The notes under the pieces are model-generated. The model saw nothing but the letters and a program-made list of their open reading frames with translations, did no database searches and was not told where the DNA came from. Below, piece after piece: positions 53,601-64,000 of a stretch of 64,000 nucleotides of DNA. Every line of letters starts with the position of its first letter. Within the stretch, counting starts at the first letter, position 1. Source of the DNA: Convolutriloba macropyga (lineage: Eukaryota); NCBI RefSeq assembly GCF_964194025.1, contig NC_134475.1:3038001-3102000 (forward strand), read 5' to 3'. A program made the translations under genes and the position numbers.

Positions 53601-56600
53601 ATCAAAATTTGCAAAGCTAAAATTTGAAATATGAAATCAGTTATTAAACACAATCTCCGACCATTACGATTACAATCGAGATTAACAAAAAATGTGTTTG
53701 GCTGTATTCTATAACACTCCTAGAACCAAATCATGCACAAGCTCAATAACTTGTTTGAAGATTTTTATGCACAATATCAAAGATTTCCAGCTTGAAGCTA
53801 ATAAGCTCTTCACTATAGGCAATTGTATTATGGCAAAAATAACTAGGCCTTCCTGACTTCAGATGACAAACATGAAAACCAACCAGCAAAACTTATCGAA
53901 TCTTTCGGCTAATGTCAACTAATTTGCAAAGCTATTTTGGTAGAAAACAGCTGATAATTGTGTTATTCCTAAAAACTCAATTGACCTCAACTCAGTAGGC
54001 CACAACCTTCTCTCTAGTTTCCAGCTCCATGATATCAATGAATACAGAACAACGTCTCGTAACGGAAGCCAACAAATCGAAAAGTTTAGCTTCTGCTGCC
54101 GTTATGATGCAGTAGCAGACTTAACTCCTACCTGTTTCTAACCTGTTTGCAACAGCAACTTAAATCGTTTTATAAACGAGTTGTATGACTGGCTAATCGG
54201 TTTCGTCAAATTGTTCACATCAACTCGAACTGGCTAATCGGCAACTCAAACGCATAAGTCAACTTCCACCTCGGGTTTATTAAGAGATATCTAAAAAACT
54301 ACAAACTCAAAAATATATTTATAAACCCGAGTTAGCGCTGTAGAAAAGATAACAAAGGATGCAGGACTTTGAATTTTTTTGATGTAAAAAGAGCATTCGT
54401 ACCAAACAGAATTGACGTTTCTTTATTTTATTTTACTTAAACGATCAGCTGCGTTCTGCAAAGACAAAATGTGTCTCTGGAAGCCTATTCGAGGATAGAG
54501 AAAGTCGATATTCAACAAATATTTCCGCCCAGATTTAACACAAAACTCACTATAAACGATAGATATCAGTGATACCATCCTTTTTCATTTTGTATTTTGG
54601 AAAGATATTTGCAAAATACAAAAATTCGGAAAGACAAAATTTTGTGAGACAATCTTCCTAATGTCCTGGCTAAAATTTTTTAGCTTTGACTTCTCAAGCA
54701 CAATTTACAAAACAGAAAAGGGTCACAATCTGAAGTAATGACTATCATCCGGTCACTGCTCTGCGTCAAATCTTAAAATAATCGAGAAAATAATGTAGCT
54801 TTCCACATCAAAATGTTTTTGTTTCGTTTGCTCAAAACAAATTAAGCGAACACCGCTCAGTCATTATGCAACTCATGTATTGCCTTATTTGCGTGTTTCA
54901 AGCAAACGAAAAAATTTGTTTCCATTCTGCTTTTTGATTTTTGAAAGCTGTTGATGAGATAAATCACAATTTACTTCCTCCGGAGCTATATTTTAATAAA
55001 AAAATATAGGCGACTCTGTAATGTTCAAAATGATCTCCACTAGTTATACAAATTTGAAATCTCAAACGCAACGCTTGCATTCGTCCCCTAAATTGCTAAC
55101 TACACTATAGCTAAAACTTTTTGAGCCGACGAGAGTGATGTCAGTCAGAAAAAAATTTCAATCGCGGGAGAGTTATTTTCGAACTTTCATTTTTAAATTT
55201 TCCTATACTTCGCAAACAATATATCTTTTGATCAGGAGAAAGCTTTTGCCGCAAACAGCTCAGAAATGAAGATAATTGCCGTCATCCAGTTCTGGATAAG
55301 GATTTTGAAGATTCATTAGCATTCGAAACAGCCATGTATATCGGACTATTTTCCCAGAAACATTCTAGACTTTCAACCTGCTTTCTCCAACTGAATGTTT
55401 TGAAGCAAGGAGCCGTAACTTGTGCTTCTTTCTGGTAAAGCTGAAGCTTTTAATAAAGATTTTATTACAATATTCTGTTACTAAATTTGCGAATGCAGAG
55501 CTTAGTGAATTGGTTTGCAATGTGGCCGACGTCAAAGAGGTATTGCTGTCATCAACAATTGCAAGCGGTCCCGATTTCGTTGCAGTAGTCTTTGAGGGTT
55601 GAAATGTCAAGAATCTGTTTCTACGTCTGCACTGACTCATTATGTTCTGGATTCTTGAAAAGCTATTCAGATAAAAACAAGTTCTCATAGACCTATAGGT
55701 AACCTTGAAACCTTTAATTGCTATCAAAACAAGCCTAAAACTAATACAATATCATAATCAAATCTCATAACCATCAAAAGCTGCAAAAACATTGCATTCA
55801 AAAGCCGCACGTGAACAAAAAAATTTTGCTCGCTTGGAGAAAACTTTTTGACACATCAATTTTTCGATCTCTCAAAAACAGCAGTATGAACAAAAACCAC
55901 TCCCTTTTCGCTCCGCATTTCGTTGCAGTAGAGTTTTTGATCGTTGAAATGCCAAGAATCTGTTTCTACGTCTGCACTGACTCATTATGCTCTGGATTCT
56001 TGAAAAGCTATTCAGATAAAAACAAGTTCTCATAGACCTATAGGTAACCTTGAAACCTTTAATTGCTATCAAAACAAGCCTAAAACTAATACAATATCAT
56101 AATCAAACCTCATAACCATCAAAAGTTGCAAAAATATTGCTTTTAAAAGCCGCACGTGAACAAAATTTTGCTCGCTTAGAGAAAACTTTTTCACACATCA
56201 ATTTCTCGATCTCTCAAAAACAGCAATATGAACAAAAACCACCCTCTTTTCGCTCCGCATTTCGTTGCAGTAGAGTTTTTGAGGGTTGAAATGTCAAGAA
56301 TCTGTTTCTACGTCTGCACTGACTCACTATGTTCCGGATTCTTGAAAAGCTATTCAGATAAAATAAGTTCTCATAGACCTATAGGTAAACTATCGGAGCT
56401 TGTCACGTGCTGTGAAAGAGTCATCAAAATTTGTTTGCTTTTCTCAAAATATATGCGACTCTCATTTTGGCTTCATCAGAAACTGATCGCTTCTTGCAGT
56501 TGCTTTGATTTTAATTCTCCATCCTAAACGTTCACATTTTAAGGGAAAATTTTGTTGCGTCTAATTCAGCGCTTGATCTTGGTGTAACTATTAAGAAAAT

Positions 56601-59600
56601 TTGGTGGAGTAAAATTGTTTCAGTAAAGCTTCAGAAGGGTTATTAGAGCTTAAAAAAATCGAAACGCACTCTGACTAAAGCTCTTGCAAGTCCACCAAGG
56701 TTAATTTATACCACTCAACCATTATTTCAGTCAATTCCACTCATCAGAGTTGCGGGCGCCTTCAAAGACAGATTTGAACAGATAGTAAATTTTTCAAAAG
56801 CAGACATCAAAATGGATTTGGAAAAACGATTATATTGAAAGGCTACGCGAATGTAGCTTGCTGCCTGCCAGTTTATTTCTGGAGATCAAACACTTACTGC
56901 TCGTTAAAAAACGTTGAGTAAGGATTTTCATTTCAATGTTTATGATTTCGTCAAATTTCAGAAGCCGAGTTCCTTTCAACTTTGAAATTCAGTGAACAGT
57001 AAATACTCGGTTTCGATTACAGGCGAGAAAACAGCATCGAAGGAGAGCGAGATTTATTTTGGTCCTAATGAGATGTAACGTCTTGGAAATAACGTATTGG
57101 ATTTAATTCAATTGCCAATTATTAATCGCCAACCCCTGTATCCGAGATCGCAATCCAGCTTCGCGCTTCTTAGGAGCTCAAAAATCTGCATCCGAGGATC
57201 CAGGACGCTATAGCTCACGCTTCAATAGGAAAGAGTATCGAAACAGTGAGGTTGTTAGTTTAATTCATATATGCGACAAAATTTACATTTCTCTTACTTT
57301 TGACATTTTTTGCCTCTTATATTATATATTTGCTGATAATCGTTTTAATGATATATTTTGAAAATACAAAATTCTTCATGTAATGGTAATAGTAGTTGTT
57401 CAGGCTTCTGCAATGCATGGGTTGGAGCACCCTTATTGATCGCTATAAATGAGATTGTTTCAAAATTGGGTTGCAGTTTTTGCGCACGGAGCAAATTCTC
57501 AAAGTGCACAAGTCAATTTCGTTGAAACTTCTAAAAACGAATTTCCAATAACTTTCGCTGATCCAATATTTTTTATTTTTGTTGTCTGTAAGGTCTGTGT
57601 TTGTTGACAATATTATAGAGATAGGCAGTTCTCGACCAGAAATTTTCCTCGCTTTTGAATAATCGTTTTTTCGTAAGTTTGATTTCACATTTCGCGCCTT
57701 GTCTCGTCCGATTATTGTTGAAATGTATATATTTTGCAATGACAATGTTGTATTTATTGTCTAAGAGATCACATAATAGTAATAAGCTATGAAGTTCGAA
57801 GTAAAAAGATAGAGGTCGAATTTTCAGTTTGATTAGTCGTTGCTTATATGTGAGAAGAACCTATTATCCATTTCGTCGCATTTTTTGGACTCTTTCGATG
57901 AGTACTAGATCGCATTTGGACGGATAACACACTTGACATGCGTAGGATATGATTGGTACAATGTAACCCTTGTATGCGTTTAATTTAACTTGAGGCAGAG
58001 TTTTGTGGTGATTTCTTCTGAGATACCAAAGTGCTTTAACAGTTTTCGAGGCTCGTTTGTTGTTTGCGTTTTGATGGCAAGTGAGGTTATCACAAACTCT
58101 TATACCAACACCATTTTGATGAGGCGAGATGCTAAGTTTCATTTTTTATTGTGGAGCGTCTTTTTTGAAAAAGAGGATCTTGCATTTACTTTCGTGTAGG
58201 CCCATTCCGTTGTTATTGCACCATTCATTTAGTTTTTTAAGATCAATTTGAAATTTTTGTTTGTTATTAGAGCGTTGTTTTCTGTCGTCGCAGTAGTTAG
58301 CTATTAATCTGAGCGCTTTTCCCCGATCCCTGATACCGAAAGTTTTGCAACAACGCTGTGGTGGGGTACTGTATCAAAAGGATTCTGGAAATCTAGGTAG
58401 AAAACGAAAAGTTCACCATGTGCATTTGAGTTGCTTTCTTTGTTCAGTTTGTCTAGAAAGCAAAACATTTGAATAATTGCTGAACGTTGAGGCCGAAAAC
58501 CAAACTGGGAATTGTGAAGTGTTTCTTTAATGTGCTCACAAAGTTTCTCGAAAAAATTTGAGGGGCAACATGAGCAATTAATTGGTCAATAAATATTGAT
58601 TGCGGCTTATCGCCTTCTTTGTGTATTGGTGTTATGTCACTTTCTTTCCAGTATGCTGGAAACTTACCTTTATTAATTAATGTTTGAAAAAGGAGAAGTA
58701 AGGCTCTGCTTATTGTTTTCAATAGATTTTTCAGAAGCAGGTTACTTATAATGTCATCGCCGTTGGCTTTTTTCGTATCAAGTTTATTTAATATACTTTC
58801 AATTTCTTTTCTGAAATTTCAAAGCGATTCAGATCTTTTTCTTCAACATTGAACTGTTGCTAAACTTTTGATATTTTTGAACTGAAAACACTCTGGAAAA
58901 ATAAATTGAAACACTCGGCTTTCTCTTCATTCGTATTAGCAGTTCGTTCATTTAGGTGCATCTTGCTTGCGAATGGTGACTTTTTAATTGATCGTAAATA
59001 TTTTTAAACAACGCTGAATAGACGTGTCGCAAAGATCTCGCTTTCATAGATCACTTGATCGTTTTTATAAAGCGTGTTGACTTTTTCTACGGGGCATACT
59101 ACTTTGTTTAGTGTGGTTGGAGTAGGACTTGGATGCGCAATTGCTTTTCGTTTTTTTTTCATTTCATGGGATGTGCTTTTTGACACCCACGGAGGGAGCT
59201 CTGATCTGTGCTGAGTAACTCTTGGGACACTTTGACCGAAAAGGCGATTGATCCATTCATACCATTGTTTAACGAGTTCGTCAACGTTACTGTAACAATA
59301 GGAGTTAAATGGGTTTTTTGAAATGCTGCAGTTGAAATTAATTAAATCTATTCTTTTATAAGCGTATTTTGGTCTGCTGTGATCGATCGCTTGATCGTAT
59401 TTGAATTTGTATCGTGTTATGTAAGCGTAATGATCTGAGCACTTTTTGTTTTTGAGGGCATAATTATTACCAATTTTGATTTTTGAATTGATCCGAAATT
59501 GTGGTTCGTTTGTTAGGAAGACATCTAGCTGTTTTTATACCCCGGAAGGTCAGAAGTTTAGCATTTGTTCGAAATTTTCATCTATGAAATAGTTGAGCTA

Positions 59601-60649
59601 GGTGTTGTCAAGTTCATCTGGTGACGTCATTTGTTTCGAGTCATTGTTTGAGAAGTTGAGATATCCAGTAATGATGATTGATTTTGGCTTTGTTTTCTTC
59701 TCTAAAAACTTTAGCATTTGTGTGAGGTCCTCAAACTTCTGATTTGCATCATCTGTATGGCCTGCCTTTAGGTGTTTTGTAAATGCAGACGATTAGGATT
59801 GAGTCATTTTTAGTGTTAATTTTTACGATTAGGCAATCTTCGCATGTGTTCTTAACGAATATTTCTTTAGATAGAATGTATTCTTTTACCGCCACTAGAA
59901 CTCCTCTATGTTTTGAGAGACCGCTTTTTGATGCTGTCATTTCTGTGAATGACATAGTTTTTGAGAAAGAGTGCTTCGTTTGGAACTTCTTCTGTTATTG
60001 TAGGGAATAATTGCGTTTGCAAAAGCAAATCGTCGTAGTACATCAATGAAACTAAGTAAATTGAACGTTAGAATTGATATCTCTTGATTTTTGTCTGGAC
60101 TTTTTACGAGTCCAGTGGCAAACCGATACGTGGTGCTGGCAGAACCCCGGCCCAGCCAATGATCACCCACTGATGGTCGTTTTCATAATATTATTTTTTT
60201 TGAAATTCGGAGAGCAAATATGAAAATATTCGGAGAGCAAATAAGAAAATATAACCCACCAGATCTGCAGATTTCCCTTGAAGTCGCCAGTTGCAATCTG
60301 CCGCTGTTGTAGAGATGAGGCCCCGAATGTGGCACATTTGAATGAATTCGTTTTTTCAACCTGAAATGACGTGACAACTTAATTTTGACGGAAGTCTATC
60401 AGCAAAAATGCTTTTTAATGCTGAACGCACATCAGTTAACTTCGTAACTTCACCAGCTCCAGAGGTCAGTTCGTATATCTGCATAGTTCCGGTCCCTCTT
60501 GGTCTGGAACCCAAAACTACAAAACGCGCACTGCGAGGAATCCACTTTGCATCATAAAGAGTGTAATCAAGACTCTTTTCTACATGCGCAATGATTTGTG
60601 GTTTTGTGAACTGTTGAGCTACTCCGGGATTCTCAGGTGCTGGAGACAT
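47669..60649 (-). CDS. DNAAF10: WD40 repeat protein 92 / dynein axonemal assembly factor 10; 7 coding exons, 370 aa
   Basis: Exons 60431-60649, 60260-60360, 52764-52885, 52256-52369, 48654-48769, 48157-48389, 47669-47876. All introns are GT-AG with matching phases; total 1113 nt. The peptide follows WDR92 throughout: [130 protein letters not shown]. Confidence 0.95.
49210..49537 (-). mobile_element. HINE family I variant (tRNA-like interior) in a WDR92 intron
   Basis: Family I termini; collinear with 41292-41672. Confidence 0.65.
50063..51077 (-). mobile_element. HINE family J containing a complete family E/G copy (50138-50658)
   Basis: E/G subTIR atagctgcgaa inverted at both ends; J subTIR agccgccgt. 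Confidence 0.8.
55574..56388. repeat. About 343-bp tandem repeat x2.4
   Basis: Units start at 55574, 55917 and 56259. They share short motifs (gccgcacgtgaacaaaa; ttttcgctcc) with the HINE A interior. Confidence 0.9.
56540..56950 (+). mobile_element. Short decayed LINE ORF2 3' fragment
   Basis: [16 protein letters not shown] and [10 protein letters not shown] are typical post-RT motifs. Confidence 0.5.
57400..60100 (-). mobile_element. Decayed L2/CR1/Jockey-group LINE ORF2 (APE endonuclease + RT) in WDR92 intron 2
   Basis: [77 protein letters not shown]; many stops and frameshifts. Confidence 0.88.
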
Positions 60650-60654
60650 TGCTT

Positions 60655-60661
60655 CTGAAAG
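60655..60661 (-). promoter_or_regulatory. 3' splice acceptor 5 nt upstream of the WDR92 ATG (candidate trans-splice site)
   Basis: Minus strand reads ctttcag|aagcaATG. Confidence 0.5.
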
Positions 60662-61177
60662 GTCCACATATATTTATTCAACCAAAATTAACGTTCCAGC
60701 TCTTTCTGATAAAATGGATCTTGTGCCCCCAATACGTTATGAGAGAGAGAAACACTTGAATGCAATCTGAATTATAAAAACGATAGGTTAATTCAAATTG
60801 AAATTTAAATACAAAGTGAAAAGTTTTTCTAACTGATAATAATGAAAAAAAAAACAGTGAATGAAGTTAATGATGATGCATTATTTAAAGCGGAAATCTC
60901 TCCAAGTGTAACCATATAGAGCTATATAGAGCTAGAGGACAATTTTTTTACTATTCTATTTTAAAAAAATGCTGTAAAATGTAGGTCTTTCCCATTTTAG
61001 CCCCCCCCCCCCAGCTTAGTGGTGACAGATAACCTATAGCCCCCACAATCATGGTAATTATACCATAATGTGGGGCTATAATTTCATGGGGTCGGCTCTA
61101 ACGGGAAAGACCCTAAAACGTTTCCAATTCATTTTAAGTCTGCTTAAAGTTTCTTATTGCACCTGGTAAGGAAATCC

Positions 61178-61336
61178 GGATCTATTCTGTCCCCCCCCCC
61201 CCCCAAGATTAGTTAGCATAAATCTTTTGACCCCCAGGTGCACGTGCTATTTTCTTTCATAATAACGTGCTATATAACAACATATAATTTGTAACTGGGG
61301 GTTATAAAAAACACTGGGGCGAAACAGAATAGATCC
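61178..61336. mobile_element. 159-bp MITE with 13-bp TIR and 8-bp TSD (Merlin-like)
   Basis: TIR ggatctattctgt/acagaatagatcc; ggaaatcc direct repeat at 61170-61177 and 61337-61344. Confidence 0.75.
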
Positions 61337-61679
61337 GGAAATCCAGTTCATGGAAGTTTGGTGAAAAACTCAGCCTAATTGTTGTGATAAACTTATTAAA
61401 TAGTATGAACTTGAACGTGGGAGGCTAATTAATTTCGTTTGAGCTTGTGTGTGGTTACTTATTGTGCATTCAGAGGCCGGATATTGTTTTTGGGTAACCT
61501 CAATTACAGATGATTTAAGATTTCGGCGGAAGAAAGAAATCTTCAAGAAATATATGTGTTTACTACGTGGAAGCATTTGGCGTGAGAGTTCTCCGCATTT
61601 CCTTGATCGGAGTGAAACAATTTTACCGTTTTCCTTCGCTGACCGCATGCGCTCCTCTTAAAGATGAGAGCAAAGGCTC

Positions 61680-62520
61680 ATCTCACCCAGGAACGCATAA
61701 AGCACGACCAACGAACCGCATGCCTGAACATCATTCGATCGCGTAAGAAGGATCTTATGGAAAGCCTTCAGACCGAGCAATGCCACGTAATATAAATGGC
61801 TTCGGAAAAAGAAGCCTTGAACTGGCTGAGCTCAAACGTTGCTATTTTACCCTAACGAAGTGAAAATTGAAAAGTTTACCCTATCACATTCTCTCCACTG
61901 TTCGAAGTGGACGTTACCCACATAAGACACAACGAGCTCCTAGACAACTTTGCTAAAATCATGAATGACGTTTGCCATCATGTCCATCAAGTTTGCCATC
62001 AAGTTGAGCCGACTCTTCAGTTGCTTCAAAGCGAGTTCTTCATACACAAAACTACTAGCACCGATGAAAACGCGCGACAAGACATTAAAGCGAATGGCCT
62101 ATGAGGGACGAGGGTCAGCCGTTTTTTCTTCGACGTGAAGATCTTTAAGCCAAAGGCCAAGTCATGCCCGAAAAAATCAGTACCAGCGTATGAGTATCAT
62201 GAGTCGTTGAAATGTCTGAAGTATGAGGAACGAACACTTGTGGTCGAGAAGAGAAACTTTGTTCCGCTCGTGTTTTCCTTTATCGGGGGCGCAGGACGGG
62301 CCGCAACGCGCACTATTAAACACCTAGCTAGCGAAAATGCTGAAGGGAAGGACGAGTCACACTCCGCCGCAATAACGTACATACGTACAAAAATAAGTTT
62401 TGCTCTGCGCAGCGCTATCATATGCCTCAGAGGGTGCCGTGGTTCCAAAGGGCCGACCGACATTGACAGCTCTTGCAGTGCCAAAGTGCAGGAGGGGACA
62501 CTACACAGAGAATTCTAAAG
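61680..62520 (+). mobile_element. CRE-clade non-LTR retrotransposon 3' fragment (restriction-like endonuclease domain)
   Basis: RHNELLD, ARQDIKANG, FFDVKIF.P.A.S, YEYHE..K..KYEER, FVPLVFS..GG.G, IRTKISFAL-RSAIICLRGCR. Confidence 0.8.
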
Positions 62521-62567
62521 CAAATGACTGTTTTGATCGGGAGAAATCCCTTCTGTATAGAAAGTCC

Positions 62568-62569
62568 CC

Positions 62570-62609
<40 letters not shown>

Positions 62610-62622
62610 GCAACAACAACAA
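62568..62622. repeat. (CAA)n microsatellite
   Basis: Seen directly. Confidence 0.95.
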
Positions 62623-62925
62623 CTAGATTAAAAAAAAGTAGCTTATAAAGAAACTCATTTCTTTCGACTCTAATTCAGCTCTAAAAGAGTTATAGTGCCT
62701 TGTCTTTGAAATTATTTACGGTGCAGTGATGTTTTTAATTATTTTTCTCATGACGCAGCTCTAAAAGAGCTATAGTGCCTTGTCTTTAAAATTATATACG
62801 ATGCAGTGATGTCTCATAGTGGGGATCATCCGATAGATTGTCCCACGTGGCTTAAGAGCAAACCTCCCTTTGTATTCCTTTGAGTTCTTTTAGCAACCAT
62901 AGTTTATTCTCAATGCAGTGAAAAA

Positions 62926-64000
62926 TTTGGCGTGAAAGTTCTCCGCATCTGTTTGACTGAATGTTTTCCCAGTCCCTTAAAGCGCTTTTCGCTTCATCCC
63001 ACTGACTCCCCAATTTAACCAAAAGTAATAATGGCACCACCACCGCCAACGCCCCTTGAGCCAAAATGCAATATTTGTATACAGCAATTTATTCCAGTAA
63101 CAACTGCGATTTTTGTAAACTACAAAAAGGTATACGTTCATCATGCTTGCTTAGGAATCACGAGCTGTTCAAGTTTACAAGGAATGGTTTTCTGGTCGTG
63201 TGAAACATGCTCGCCAACATTTGCAGCTGTGATATCAGCCCTTGACAGAATTACAGCTATGGAGAAGAAAACAGAATGCGTCGACTCACTAATCCGCGAT
63301 GTTGCTCTGCTTCGAAATGAAGTTGTGTTGCTTAGAAAATCAAATTTTCCATTCCTGAATGCGGCTAAATTGAATTCACAGAAATAGGAGTAACAACCCT
63401 TCAGTCTCTCAAAGAATTTTGGGCAGCAAAAAGAGAAAAGCTGCACAGTTCGTTTTGAAATCTACCCAAAGAAAACTAAGGCCTTCAACGGAAGTGAAGA
63501 CAGGAACAAACACGAGCTCTTCGATATTTTCAGGTGTCAAAAAACCTGATAGACGACGGCATAACTATGTGGGAAGACTAAGTCAGCATATAACTACAAC
63601 AGAGATGCAACAGTACTGTGCTAGAAACGATGTGGACCTTCTGGACATCCGTCAGATCTCTAAAACAAATTCAGTGCTTAAATCCTTCCACTGTGTCTTT
63701 AAGTTCGATGCTGAAAAAGATGAATCACCCAATTTCTGGCCGAAAAAAAACTAGTTTCAAGATTTTATCTAAAAAACACTGCACGTGAATGGCTATCTTG
63801 TGTTGATCAAAAATGACGAAAGACAAGAAGCTCCTTAATTTTAGAAAACTCAGCTCAATTTTTTCTTACACAATGCGCGTTCAGTTCGGATTAAGTCAAT
63901 AGAATTAGGTGCCATACTTGAAATAAACGATATTCATAATGTGTGGAATCTTGTATTAGTAATACATCGGATGACAACTTTTTCCTCCAGCAATGTTTTC
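62926..64000 (+). mobile_element. 5' part of a CR1/L2-type LINE: ORF1 with PHD-like finger, coiled coil and RRM-like C-terminus, then start of ORF2
   Basis: CNIC...HHACLGI...WSCETC, LDRITAMEKK..LIRDVALLRNEV, YVGRL...SF...PNFWP, then HNARSVRIK (APE N-terminus). Disrupted. Confidence 0.75.

Noticed and set aside
60650-60667. Upstream GTG start for WDR92 in the ORF track
   Set aside because: Eukaryotic gene; the ATG at 60649 directly follows an acceptor.

Overview
AT-rich, repeat-dense eukaryotic (animal-like) genomic DNA; the species cannot be determined from the sequence. Three host genes can be reconstructed exon by exon, all on the minus strand and in tandem: DNAAF10/WDR92 (7 exons, CDS 60649->47669, 370 aa), an intronless triosephosphate isomerase (47127->46384, 247 aa) starting about 540 nt after the WDR92 stop, and an ENTR1/SDCCAG3-like coiled-coil gene (10 exons, 37513->13635, about 483 aa). 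All three start codons have a TTTCAG 3' splice acceptor 5-10 nt upstream with no identified partner donor, which suggests spliced-leader trans-splicing and an operon-like arrangement. Introns and intergenic DNA are dominated by at least 7-8 families of non-autonomous Helentron/Helitron2-type elements (HINE/DINE-1 architecture). Each family has its own subterminal inverted-repeat key, every copy I recognised points the same way, and they repeatedly insert into the same T-tract about 45-55 nt inside one another's 5' ends, giving bracket-like nests up to five deep plus tandem arrays of element termini. Decayed fragments of a Polinton-type DNA polymerase B, CACTA/EnSpm and Tc1/mariner transposases, several LINEs, a CRE-clade retroelement and a small TIR/TSD MITE are also present. 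All assignments were made by eye and from recalled family motifs; no searches were run.
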